A stretch of 38,198 bases of DNA from Dimargaris cristalligena. Taxonomy: Eukaryota. The notes beneath the pieces were generated by a model. The model had not been told where the DNA came from, made no database searches, and saw only the letters and a list, made by a program, of their open reading frames with translations. Where the stretch lies: the NCBI GenBank assembly GCA_003614675.1, contig ML002362.1, forward strand, positions 1 to 38,198, in the 5' to 3' direction. Of the stretch, positions 1-11,077 are shown one piece after another. Position 1 is the first letter of the stretch; each line of letters begins with the position of its first letter. A program made the position numbers and the translations under genes.

Positions 1-513
1 AGTGACAAACCAGTTCACCTGGAGAAGCCACCCTGCCCTTTTGATATATTTTTGTTGTTCATTTTAGTAGCCTGATACCACCACACTGTGACACCGTCTC
101 CTGAATAATGGACATCTCAGATAGTCTGACCAGCATTGTTTAAATATTGCCAACTTTGTCAAAGTGACAGTGGTCTGAGCTCAATGGAAGTTTTATGTGA
201 ATATCAGTCTACTATAAATGGATTGGATCATTCAAGAGAAACACCAAACCTAGTGGGATACTGGGATCGGCATTATTAGAATAATGATTGACCTGGTTCA
301 ATATAGACATAGCAATTCAATGCCTTGCCATGAGATGATATATTGGTTTGTCAGCTAATATTTAAAGTGCAGCAAATACCACACCTGGTTAAATAATATT
401 ATTGCTTCTATCCGCTTTTCACAGCCTCCTTAAGATAGCACTATTATATGCTACATCCACACCCCTACTATTCCTCTTTCATATACCATAACCGTATACC
501 ACTTTGCACCAGC

Positions 514-750
514 ATGTAACTGCCATTGTCCCTCTACGCATTGCTGATTTTTGTCCCTGTTGCCTTTATGGCTCTGCTGGCATATGTTACTGTCATTGGC
601 ACAAAGAATACTCCGGCTAAGGGTTGCCCCGGCAGCGGCCTGGTAAAAAAGGCAATAGGCTACAGCAAAAGGATTGTCAACTCCAACTTCGGGGCCACAG
701 TTGGTGGAAGTGTTGTTGGAGCGGTCACTGAAAAGGTCTTAAGTGGCTAA
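514..750 (+). pseudogene. Small secreted or membrane-anchored cationic peptide ORF (78 codons) interrupted by TAA at codon 2
   Basis: ATG at 514 (A at -3) is in frame with track ORF 526-750. It reads M-*-LPLSLYALLIFVPVAFMALLAYVTV (signal-peptide-like), then KNTPAKGCPGSGLVKKAIGYSKRIVNSNFGATVGGSVVGAVTEKVLSG-TAA. Confidence 0.5.
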
Positions 751-2676
751 GGGTGCGACACAATGAGCACCCTGGCTACACTATTTATATGCCCCGTTTG
801 GTTGTGTTTTTTACTAATCTGCAACCTATGGGTCCAAATATATGACTGATCCTAGTAAATAAATGGCCGTACTTACTTGTGCATGAAGAATGACCCGCTA
901 GCCAACTCCAATACCCTATACTCTGAGATTGGGTGGTAATTGAAAATTAGCTAATAATGTACATAGTCAGGTGTACGACCTGGCTGTTTCAAATGAAAAT
1001 ACTAATTGATTTCAAAAAAGGAGCTGATCTGACGGTACCCGTGGCACTGGAAACAACTGAGCTTAATAAGAAATATCACACTCATATTGTATTGAAGTGA
1101 ACCGCATGGGATATGGTGCTATCGGTTTGTCTCGAATATGCATATTTAAAGAGACTACTGGCCTATCTGTTGGATTTTTATTATTTAAGGGATATCTCAA
1201 TTTTGGGTATGATTGGGCCGATACAGCAACCACTGCCGCTAAATACTAACCTACTAACCACCAGGGTTCCTGAAAATGGGTTTCTAAACTCAAATAAAAT
1301 TGAGATTGTGTAATTTACCTAATCTAATACAAATAATACGGTCAACTAGTATGCAAGCACCCATTATTAGGTACGACTTTTAGAAGTAATTCGTAGCCAC
1401 TGCCTTTCAGTGCAAACACGGTGACAATCAAATAACAGTAAAGAATGATCTCTAAGTCTTTAAATGCACAGCGTAGCAATCCAGTGGAACGATCAGGAAC
1501 AGCCATGTGACACCTACAAAAATACTGAGCCGACACCAGGTTACACTAAAAGCGAGTCTAATGGGAATTCGAATAGCGGTACTTATCGCGAATAACTCGG
1601 GCATTGCCCTTACTTTGTCGTTAGTCTTTCCCCGCATTTGCTACTGCAGCATCAGGGGGTTGGACTTATGAAGGTCAAGCCTTCCAAAGTGGGCCGCGAT
1701 ATTGTAAGTAAACATGGAAACTGTGTGGATATTAAACCCAGGCAGTTACTAAATCCGAAAAGATGGTTTACTATTACATTCCGATGCGCATTGTTCATGA
1801 GCGCCAAGCCAAGTAGATATATAATTGCTGGGGAATAAGAATGGATGACAAGGGAGTAGTCCCTTTGAAATACAGTAGTTTAAATGCGTAGTATTACGAC
1901 CCGGTGATATGCAGGGGTATATAATATACAGTAGGGCGTGATAGTAGGGTTGTCCGTATATGTTTCATTTGAAAGTGGGGATGGCGGAAATGGCACCTCC
2001 TCAATCCAACAAAAAAGACCTAAATGTATATTTAAAAAACTATTATTATTGATAAATATAAAAGCTACTACTCTGGTCAGGACTAATTTGACCTAATGCA
2101 ATGATTGATGCAACGAATTGGGGCTAAAAATGAGTTGGAATCGACAATTGGATGATAATTAGATGGGAGGGAAGGGGAAGAATTATGCAAATTCCAGGCC
2201 AGCTTGGTTCAGTATATACGGATGGTGTTGTGAGGGGTGGTGATTTCCGATCAAAAAAAACCCCCCGAATTCGCGTTGGTTTCCCGACCTACTAAGGTCA
2301 GTACTTCGCCTATAAAACAGCTAAACATAAAAAATATATATATAAAGATATCAAGACCTTGACCAATAGCAATTAAGCCGGTTCGGTGTGTAAGGCCGGT
2401 TAACCAGTCTACATCTGGCCATGGTTGCCGTATGTCAAATCGAAGGGATGAAACCCCAATCGGAACAGGAGCCCAATTAATAATACTGCTCGCTGCTTAC
2501 GATCCTAAATACGACACATCCTGGACGAGGTACCGACCCAGGCAGGCACTGCGATGGGGGTATTACATAATCTAGCAGTTTAGGCCATGCGCCTCACTGA
2601 GTCCGATGAATTACTGGGCTCCCGAAAGAGGGGGGGAGGGAGAAAGAAGAATGCCTAAAAGCACAGTGACTTGACT

Positions 2677-3537
2677 TCACGGCAGCGAATCCGGGTGTTG
2701 GAATTGACAGGCAATTAGATGGTCTAAAAACATGATTTTTTCGGGGAATATGACTTTACAGCGAATACACACCAAGTTTTCGGCCACTTGGCATTCCCAC
2801 TCGTGCTGGTATAAGGCCCAAAGGAAAGTGCATTTAAAACTACAATTGGCGCAGCGAAACGGGTTGTCTTTGGGCCGGAATTTATAATCATTTGGATTAT
2901 AGGCTGGGTTGGGGTAGGGATGGGACAGTGTGGAGGTAAAAGGCGTTGGGTACATTGAGGTGGGGGGATACTGGAGCGGGAATATCGAACCGGAGGGCAA
3001 CGGATTTCGATATATGGGAAGGGAAGGAGCGTTAGGGATGGAGCTCGGATTGGGGTTGCGATTGGCGTATACTGGAAGGGGGTTTTGGTATATGGGAAGG
3101 GAAGGAGCGAAATTGGGGTTTTGGTGCATTGGAAGGGAAGGAACGGAGGGATGGTATACCGGAAGCGAGGCAGGGGGAATCTGATAAACCGGGGCAAAGG
3201 AATATGAATTGGGGTAGGTCGAGATTGAAGCAGCTGGACTCAGATAAACGGGGGGGGTTGGGTTCTGGTATACCGGCGTGGGAGGATAGAGCGGCATTTG
3301 GAACGTGATTTGTTGGGTCGGCACCGTTAAATACGATTCGGTGGTGTCGTTGTCGTTGTCGTTGTCGCCGTCAGATTCATCAGATGGTGCTGATGATTCG
3401 TCTTGACTAGGTTGGGATTTTTGGTCCCCCGCCGACAAAGATGCGGGAATAGAGGAGGGGTCGGTGGTTGGCCAGACTAATGCAATGGGGGTCTGAGGGT
3501 GGTGGGCGTTCGGGTGGCAGGTATTAGACTCATCCAT
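2677..3537 (-). CDS. 286-aa protein with an acidic N-terminal patch, (A)PSLP[IV]Y[QR]NP repeats and two C-terminal C-X2-C-X12-H-X3-C zinc fingers
   Basis: Intact ORF. Fingers are CANC-x12-HEWEC and CIRC-x12-HLIAC at about 2707-2853. An exact 21-nt repeat occurs at 3011-3031 and 3089-3109. Confidence 0.8.
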   Translation of the reverse strand: MDESNTCHPNAHHPQTPIALVWPTTDPSSIPASLSAGDQKSQPSQDESSAPSDESDGDNDNDNDTTESYLTVPTQQITFQMPLYPPTPVYQNPTPPVYLSPAASISTYPNSYSFAPVYQIPPASLPVYHPSVPSLPMHQNPNFAPSLPIYQNPLPVYANRNPNPSSIPNAPSLPIYRNPLPSGSIFPLQYPPTSMYPTPFTSTLSHPYPNPAYNPNDYKFRPKDNPFRCANCSFKCTFLWALYQHEWECQVAENLVCIRCKVIFPEKIMFLDHLIACQFQHPDSLP

Positions 3538-3772
3538 AATGAAACGAGAATTACGGGCGAATCAATCTAATTAGGAACGCGGGTTTCTTGGTAGACTAAA
3601 AAGAAAAAATGTATTTATTGATGCGCTAGGTGGCCTTGGCACTCCAATAAAAGGGGGGGTTGGGGGGCAAAAAGTGGATTTTTGGTGCAAAATGAAAAAA
3701 GCAAAGCATTCGGAAACGATGGATTGGAAAGGTGGTAAATCTCGAATGAGGGAGGGGGCGGCTCTCGTCTAT

Positions 3773-3792
3773 TATATATATATATATATATA
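3773..3792. repeat. (TA)n microsatellite
   Basis: Read directly. Similar tracts at about 4397-4417, 8692-8714 and 27981-28001. Confidence 0.95.
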
Positions 3793-5153
3793 TGCCACAC
3801 TATGGAATTACCAGGGAGGGGAGGGGGGGCGTTATCCCCAACCCAAGCAAATAAATATCCAGGAATGAGGGAGTGGTCAACGAGTGAATCCTTCCCGGCC
3901 ACTGGTGCATCATGTTTGCTGACCATAGGCTTTTGGGTGAACAAGGGGAGGGCGCAACAAGGCCAAGTGAGAGTCAGTCGTGCATTCTGCACCAGTCCAG
4001 TACCCCGGTCGGCCCAGGTCAAACAGCCAACACAAAAAGGACCAGGGCGATAATCTAGGAGAGGTAGAAGATTAAGGAGGGAAGGAGAAGGAACATGCGC
4101 ATCATGAATGAAAGACTATTCCCAAACAGAACACGCAAGGCGTAGCAGGTTGGAAGAATGGAAAACTGTGAAAATCAGGAGACATGCAGCGCCGTTGCTA
4201 GAGCCGGCCTGAATCAAACTACCGTTGCCTGTATGAAAGATGGAAAGAAAGCAAGAGAAGAAACCAACCAACGGGAAAATCTATTAACAATGGAGCTACC
4301 CGATGAAGCCACTGATAGATTAAAAGGGGGCACCGGTGATGTGACGCGTTACTCCGCCCCTGACACGAACATAATCATAATTATTGGATATTATATTATA
4401 TATATATATATATATATCTCGCGTGGAATTACCAACCCATCACTTGGTAGAATTCCACTCCCATGGCGAAGTATTCAACTGACCCATGAACCGGGCCAAG
4501 GCACCTATACAATTGATGCAACAATTTAAGATAGTTAAGCGAAAGTCATTGTGCGCAAAACCCTAAAGCGGAAGGGTGACGTATGTGTGGGCGCACTGAT
4601 GCTCCATGAATATAGGGGCAGGTTAATACGATTCTCCGCCCCATTTTTGACCCGAAATAGCAGGAGGGAGAAAGATACTTCTCTCCATTCCAAGTATGGT
4701 ATGTTCACCTGGGCACAGCCGACTGCATAGAATGGGAATGAGGCTTTAGTGTCGAAAAACTGGTTGGCACTTGTAGAAGCCGATGCCCCCTTTGAAGCAT
4801 GTTGCCAATTCCAACAGTCCGTCCAACTGATCAGCTGAAAGTGGATATCCATCAAAGATTGCCCATCATATGAGCAAGAGATAACGGTATAAATGGTTTT
4901 ATCCTGGATTTACTAATTCTAGAACCATTAAAAACATAAGTATGACTTCTATATATGTAATTTTTTTACGGGAAAACCTACATAAATCGCATGAAATGGG
5001 TAGTGTTAGGGGGGTGGGCGAAAGATAGATATAGGTGTGATCGAACGGGCATCATTAAAAAATGAGATAAAATAAAAAGTATATATAGCGGTGGCCCATA
5101 CATAAATCAAGTGATACGAAAAACAACAACCTTCAGTATAAATGGAGGGTTGC

Positions 5154-7214
5154 TTATTTCTTGCCGTTCTTCGTTGACTGTTGCTGCGTCGCCTCAATCG
5201 TATTGGAAATCTTCTTGAATTTAGCCACGAAGAACCCGTCCATATTATGGGTATGGGGGTAGTACCGTTTAGTCAAGTTCAGGGTAGGGAGGAAAGTTTG
5301 CCCTTTGAAAGCCGTGAACCCAGCTTGGCCAAAATCCAGACCCGTGTCGACTAATTTGACGTTGGGCCGTTTACGCAGGGCGTAGTCCACCACGGCCTCG
5401 TTTTCGTCCACAGTCACGGAACAAGTGGAGTAAACGAGGTATCCGCCGCCGGTGGTCGATTTGGCATTGGTGGAGTCAATGGCGGCCAGAATGAGTTCCT
5501 TCTGGAGTCGGGTCAGCATCCGGAAATCCTGTTCGGATTTGTTGACTTTAACCGAAGGGTCCTTTGAAATGACCCCGGTACCACTGCAGGGTGCGTCGAG
5601 GAGCACCCGGTCGAAACTGCCCATGACTTTGGGGTATTCACGGCCGTCGTAGTTGGCCACGGCGGTGTTATGGATACCCAGGCGGTGGATATTGGCGACC
5701 AGGGCCTTTTGGCGGTCCTTGTTGGCGTCATTGGCCAGGACGAATCCGGTGTTCTTCATCAACGAGGCGAGATACGTGGTTTTACCACCCGGGGCGGCGC
5801 ACATATCTAGGACTTTTTCGTGTTCGCTGGGGGCCAGGGCCATGACCGGTAGGAAAGAGGAGGCGGCCTGGATCATGTAGTGACCGGCCAGGTATTCGGG
5901 CGTAGCCCCCACGGGAACGGGCGATTCGAAAATCTGCAGACCCACTTTGGACCATTTGCCCACGGGTTCCAAATTGACCCCGCGCGCAATAAGGGCCTGG
6001 GCCAACTCCCGTTTCCGGGTACGCAGCGTGTTGGTCCGGATAATGACGGGGCGCTGGATCTCGTTGGCTTCGAAGAATTCCACGGCTTCGGACACGGGGA
6101 ATAGTTCGAACAGCTTCTCGATCATGTAGTCGTTGTAGCCGTAGTAGAGGGCCATATCCTTCAACAGACGGGCCACATAGTCGGCCCGGGACCGCTGGGG
6201 GTCACGCATGGCCTTGAAGTTATCCAGGATCTGCACCACGTCGCGGATCCGGGCGTTCACAGTAGCCAGGTCGGCGCCTTCGCTTTCCTCGTCGTTTTCA
6301 GCGTCGTCGAGGAAGAGGTGCGGGTCACCGTCGGCATCCTCGATATTCGTCTGCATGGCCGACTCCTCCAATTCGGCCTGCGACATGGCAGCTTCCTTGA
6401 GCAGCCGTTTGGTTTCACGGCGGGCCCGGGTCACGAAATCGCCCTTGTCGGCATCCTCGTCGTCGTCCCCACTCGATATATCACCATCGCTATCCTCCAG
6501 CTCGCTATCCGAGGCTCCGTCGAATTCGTCGGCACCCACGGAATCAGCATCGGAGTCGACATCATCCCAGAGCAGTTGCTTGCCGCCGGTTTGCTCAGCT
6601 TCGCTACCGGACAGGTATTCATCATCGGAAGGCAACAGCGAGTCGTCATCGCTAACCTCGCTTTCGGGTTCGGGAGGCGGGGCATTCTTGGTCGCCCGGC
6701 CCTTGGACTTGGACGGGCCTTGTGTGGGGGTAGGGGCGGCAGCCTTGACGGGCTTTGCCTCTTGGACGGACTTTTTGGCCTGGGTGGGTGTGGGCTTAGC
6801 AGTTTTGCCCTTGGGGGCCGATTTAGTGGGGGTGGGGGTGGGGACCGGAGCCGGAGTTGGGACGGCCTTGACCTTCTTACCGGCCTTGCTGGTATTTTTC
6901 TGGGAATCGGTGGCCGGCTGTTTCCGGACAGTTTCGGCCTCGGCGACAGCAGGGGCAGGGGCGGTGATCTTGGCCCTTTTTACAGTTTTGTTCTTGTTTT
7001 GCAAGGGATCGTTGGCCTGCCGTTTCCGGACTATTTCGATATCCGCGACGGCGGGAGCGGTGGGGATGGATGCGGCCTTGCCCTCGTCACCCGTCTTGGA
7101 CCGGTTACGCTTCTGAGTGGCGGCGGTAGTGACCCGACTCACATTTTTGCCCGTCCGGACTTCGGTGGCGAGGTCCTGGGGGACGCCCTGCTTGTTGTTG
7201 GATTTACGACCCAT
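5154..7214 (-). CDS. NOP2: 25S rRNA m5C methyltransferase Nop2 (NOL1/NSUN1)
   Basis: 686 aa. Motifs VLDMCAAPGGKT (SAM binding), LLDAPCSGTG (motif IV Cys), LVYSTCS (motif VI Cys), GATPEYLAGHY and HNMDGFFVAK. Basic then acidic disordered N-terminus. Confidence 0.98.
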   Translation of the reverse strand: MGRKSNNKQGVPQDLATEVRTGKNVSRVTTAATQKRNRSKTGDEGKAASIPTAPAVADIEIVRKRQANDPLQNKNKTVKRAKITAPAPAVAEAETVRKQPATDSQKNTSKAGKKVKAVPTPAPVPTPTPTKSAPKGKTAKPTPTQAKKSVQEAKPVKAAAPTPTQGPSKSKGRATKNAPPPEPESEVSDDDSLLPSDDEYLSGSEAEQTGGKQLLWDDVDSDADSVGADEFDGASDSELEDSDGDISSGDDDEDADKGDFVTRARRETKRLLKEAAMSQAELEESAMQTNIEDADGDPHLFLDDAENDEESEGADLATVNARIRDVVQILDNFKAMRDPQRSRADYVARLLKDMALYYGYNDYMIEKLFELFPVSEAVEFFEANEIQRPVIIRTNTLRTRKRELAQALIARGVNLEPVGKWSKVGLQIFESPVPVGATPEYLAGHYMIQAASSFLPVMALAPSEHEKVLDMCAAPGGKTTYLASLMKNTGFVLANDANKDRQKALVANIHRLGIHNTAVANYDGREYPKVMGSFDRVLLDAPCSGTGVISKDPSVKVNKSEQDFRMLTRLQKELILAAIDSTNAKSTTGGGYLVYSTCSVTVDENEAVVDYALRKRPNVKLVDTGLDFGQAGFTAFKGQTFLPTLNLTKRYYPHTHNMDGFFVAKFKKISNTIEATQQQSTKNGKK

Positions 7215-7299
7215 GGCGGCGATGGAGAGTGCAATTGGCTAGAGACGAGACTGGTGAAGAAAACCCCGAGGGAGACCGAAGGTACGAATAATATAGTAC

Positions 7300-7501
7300 C
7301 TGTAAATTGATTAAATAGACCAATCAAAGTAAACGACCAAGGATATGTGTGTTAAAATACGTTACAAAACGGTATTTGGTGGGCTTCGACGCCAATGGAG
7401 TTCGGATAGAAATGGTTCACTAGGGTACTGGTAAAACCGGGGGGTTGGATAGGCTGATAAAGGCTACAAGGGTCCTGTCGATAAAGGAATACCCCACTTA
7501 C
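7300..7501 (-). other. Predicted 5'UTR intron of NOP2
   Basis: Minus strand CAA|GTAAGT donor at 7501 and TTTACAG| acceptor at 7300, 85 nt upstream of the ATG. Confidence 0.6.
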
Positions 7502-7621
7502 TTGGAGGGATCGCGCTGGAGTTGGTCCAAACTAAGAGAGAGCTCCGGGAATTCAAAGGGTCGGTAATTCAGTGAAGAAAACTACGGAATGGAGAGGCCG
7601 GACGCAAAGGGAATATAAGGT

Positions 7622-7622
<1 letters not shown>

Positions 7623-7655
<33 letters not shown>
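7623..7655. repeat. (ACT)11 microsatellite
   Basis: Read directly, in the NOP2/ECO1 divergent intergenic region. Confidence 0.95.
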
Positions 7656-7656
<1 letters not shown>

Positions 7657-7826
7657 TATCCAATGGCAAATGGGAGCAAGTGAGAATGACTAACAGCAAA
7701 AACCAAGTGAATCGAGCAATATTGAACCTTCGAAATCTATCTATCGCTATACTTGCTATTAGATACTGTCTCTCTGCTACAGCCGAGGCTTAATTTACTT
7801 TTCTTTCATTTTTTTGACTTACCCGC

Positions 7827-7837
7827 TTTTCGCGCGT
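7827..7837. promoter_or_regulatory. Putative E2F / SCB-type G1-S element (TTTTCGCGCGT)
   Basis: Plus strand matches the E2F consensus TTTSSCGC. Minus strand reads ACGCGCGAAAA, which contains the SCB consensus CRCGAAA. It lies upstream of the S-phase gene ECO1. Confidence 0.45.
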
Positions 7838-7943
7838 AATAAAGTTGCCCTGCACTTTTTTTTCTGGTCCTGCCTGGAGGATGTGCTTGCTTCATTGGCA
7901 GTGTCCTCCTTAGACACACCCAAATCGGAATCAGGGGATTAGA

Positions 7944-7952
7944 GTCACGTGA
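7944..7952. promoter_or_regulatory. Putative bHLH (Cbf1/USF-type) E-box GTCACGTGA
   Basis: Exact GTCACGTGA in the NOP2/ECO1 divergent promoter. Confidence 0.45.
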
Positions 7953-8415
7953 TGAACTAAACCAATGATGTCTGCCATCCAGGCTGGTGTATGTGTTTAT
8001 AGGATGTGTGAGTGAGAGTATACACGTAGGAGACACCCAGGCGCTGAGAAGCTCGGCCAATGTTTATTGATGGTATAATCTATGCGCATATACCTGGCCA
8101 TGTCGGAGTTTGGACAATTGTATCATCCAGCTGAAGCAGACTCCCCGCCTATGTGAGACCCCCTTCCTCTTCCACTTCACCCTTGCTTCTATACCACTTT
8201 ACTTTACTCTACTTTACTTAGCCTTAACTGTAGCTGTACTTGTGGTTGTGTGTTCTATTTTCTCCCTTTAGTTTGCTATTGTTTTGACCATACCTTATAG
8301 CTCCCCGACTAACAAGTAGTGCCCCCTTGCCATTCCACCCCAGCCTATTAAGCCCTCGAAATACTCCACAACTTGTACCTTACCCAGGGCCTCCTAATAA
8401 TACACGTAGTATACC

Positions 8416-10306
8416 ATGATATCAACCAGCGAGCTGACTCCGACCAGGTAAGTAATATTAAAACAAACAACAACAGCCCTACTGGTTGCATCGACCAACC
8501 AGTCCCAAGGCATTTCAAGTAGCCTAACACCCAGCACTCCGCAGCACAGCCGAGACCCCCCACCCAACTAGCGACTTTACAATAAGACCCTAGTTAGCCC
8601 ATAGCGATACCCCCCCTGTCACCACGATATACTCTCAGCCCTTGGATAGTCGGGCGACTAGGTGCAATACTGACCAAATCATTATTTATCCATATATATA
8701 TATATATATATATATTGCAATGACTACATTCTTAGGCACCCGCCTGTCCGGGTGACCTACCAGCGCAGAAAACGCCGGCATTCGGTCGAGGATCCATCGG
8801 CCGATAACCTCATGGCATCCATCCTGTCGCTCAAGCGCCAACTGAACTCGCATACCGAGGTCATCAAGACCGTCGCTTCGTGCCCCTCCACACCGCTGCG
8901 CAAACGAACCCGTGCCGGGCTGCCCAAAACGCCCAGCAGCAACCACACGACTAATTTTAAACAAATGTACCTGCAGTTTGGCCAGAAGAACCTCGGACCC
9001 ACCCTATGCAGTGAGTGCGGCTTGTCTTACCAGCGGGGCCAGTCGGAGGATGAATTGTTACATGACAAATACCACCAATCCATTGTGCGGGGCGTCAAGT
9101 ATCTGGTAAGTAAAACCACCCCTCCCAGGACGGCGCTCTAGCCTTACTGCGCGGATAGTTGGGTTTTAGACGCCCAGTGAGTCAGCTGACTGGATGGCTA
9201 CTAGGCGACTCTACTAACTTACGCGACACTATGTCTCATTGATTATTCGACTCGGAATTTTAAACAGGGGTACAAATCCGAAACCGTGCTGCGGACCTTT
9301 GTACCCACCGCCGGCAAACCCGAATTTAAAAATCAGCTAGATATTCCCAAGCGGGCAGCCAAGCCAGAATCTGCCAATAACACCGCCACCCCACTGACAT
9401 CTGTGGTTCGAGTAACCCCCTCTACGTCCGCCTCCTTTGCCCGCATTGTGGTAATCACGGATAAATCCACTACCTCGGAAAAGAACAAGGTAAATAAAAC
9501 CACGTTTATGTATCTATCCCAGTACCATATTAACCCGTACTGTCTACCCCGGTCCTCTTCCATTTATAAGATACCAAATCAGTGCACTCTTCCCTAATAA
9601 CCACTAGGTATCATAACTGTATCCTTGCCTCTAGGCTAAGGAGGTCATGGAGGTTACCAATACCAACCTAGGTTCGGCCGCATTCACCGACGACATGTGG
9701 TCCAAGTACAAGGTATTCCTGTGTATTTCCGCCACTCAGTATGTGATGGGCTGTGCTGTCGTGGAACGCATTAAAACAGCGTATGCTACGACAACCCGAT
9801 CCAGTACGGATGGTGTAGTGGATAAATGCAGTCCCATTAAGGGTGAAAAGGATGATAGCCAACCAGGCACTGTTTCAGTTGATATCCAATTAAGGTAAAT
9901 TTCCCGTAAATGGCCCATAGGAACAAACCTATCCGTTTATATATATATAAAAATATGCTTTTGGTAACTGTATGACAGTTCTAAACATTGGGCGTAGCAG
10001 CCACTCCCCTCCCACTCCACGCACACCTTAGATACTAACCTACTCTTCTACCACCCGACATTCCACCACTCTACTCCCAGCGAAAACATTGAGCCAGCCT
10101 CGTGTGGCATTAGTCGGGTTTGGGTTTCCCCGAGATTCCGGCGCCAGAGTGTTGCCACCGAATTACTGGAAGCCGTTCGCGAGAACTTCATTTACGGTCT
10201 GACCATCGCTCGGACCGAGATTGCCTTCTCCCAGCCTACTGCAATGGGCGCCGCTCTGGCCCGCCACTTCACTGGACGTTTTGATTTCCTGGTCTACATT
10301 GAATAA
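8416..10306 (+). CDS. ECO1: Cohesin acetyltransferase Eco1/Ctf7, 5 exons, 369 aa
   Basis: Exons 8416-8447, 8736-9105, 9268-9489, 9635-9894 and 10081-10306. All introns are GT-AG and frames are consistent (1110 nt). PIP-type QMYLQFGQ, zinc finger CSECGLSY..HDKYH, acetyltransferase GISRVWVS..RRQSVA..AFSQPT..G. Confidence 0.95.
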
Positions 10307-11077
10307 GTAGTTACTTGGCTTGTTGGGCGGGGGTCTTGGTGAGGAGACCACTTCCAGTTTGGACAGATCTGATTGTATTAATAAACACACACACACACAC
10401 CCCTTCAATTAGCTAACCTTTGTTTACCCAATGGTAAATTGTTGATGGATTGGCAGATTTTGATTAATTCAACCTATTTACACCTCATTAGTAAATAGCA
10501 CCAAGCTCAATTAGATGCGAAATTATTCATCCTGCTGTTGTATCGCATCCGTTTGTTCTAACATGATAATAGTATGCGAAACTATAGTTTCTAACCAACA
10601 AATATTGCCATAAACCACGAAATGACGACAAGTCTTACAAGTCGAAGAGGAGTGTTGTATGGATAAACCCCATACATGCGCTCAGCCTTCATTGACTACC
10701 ACTATATAAATCCAATAATAAATAACAACCAGAAGACGGTTCAACTGTGAAAATCAATTGAATTTGATCAAAACCTACAATTTAATAATGGCATTTTATA
10801 GAAATTTAACCCTATAACCACATGGATCAATCCTCCTCTTAAATTCAGCAAAGATACGAGTATCTAGAAAATTCAATACTCAATAAACACGTACATAGGG
10901 GGAAGAGGGAGGGGGGTCATTCGAATGCCGAATACGTTAAGAAGAGGGTAAATGATAACATGTGTTTATGGGGGGGGGGGAGAATTCATAATGGTAGACC
11001 TATATGAAGAAGTGAGGAGGCTAGGGGTTCTCTCTTTCAAAGCGCGAAAGTAAATTAATTCGAGGTTGGAATGGAAT

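Noticed and set aside
84-171. Imperfect 9-bp inverted repeat CACTGTGAC/GTGACAGTG as MITE termini
   Set aside because: Too short, with no target-site duplication and no second copy in the window.
2560-2600. SECIS-like GUGA-N11-AAA pattern on the minus strand downstream of a TGA-ending ORF
   Set aside because: The 3' arm pairs poorly and lacks the required GA of the non-Watson-Crick quartet. The TGA readthrough extension has no redox motif.
4158-4855. Track ORFs 4158-4529 and 4535-4855, plus many short ORFs in 1100-1850 and 19500-25000
   Set aside because: No recognisable motifs. Several run through microsatellites or pyrimidine tracts, or use non-ATG starts.
6208-7310. Long antisense or alternate-frame ORFs over NOP2 (also over the TFG-like, UBA2, C2H2 and 641-aa genes)
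   Set aside because: Expected shadow ORFs of GC-rich, codon-biased or low-complexity coding sequence, with no independent motifs.
10138-10156. Eco1 motif A reading RRQSVA rather than RRxGxA as a sign of inactivation
   Set aside because: This position varies in active family members and the rest of the domain is intact.
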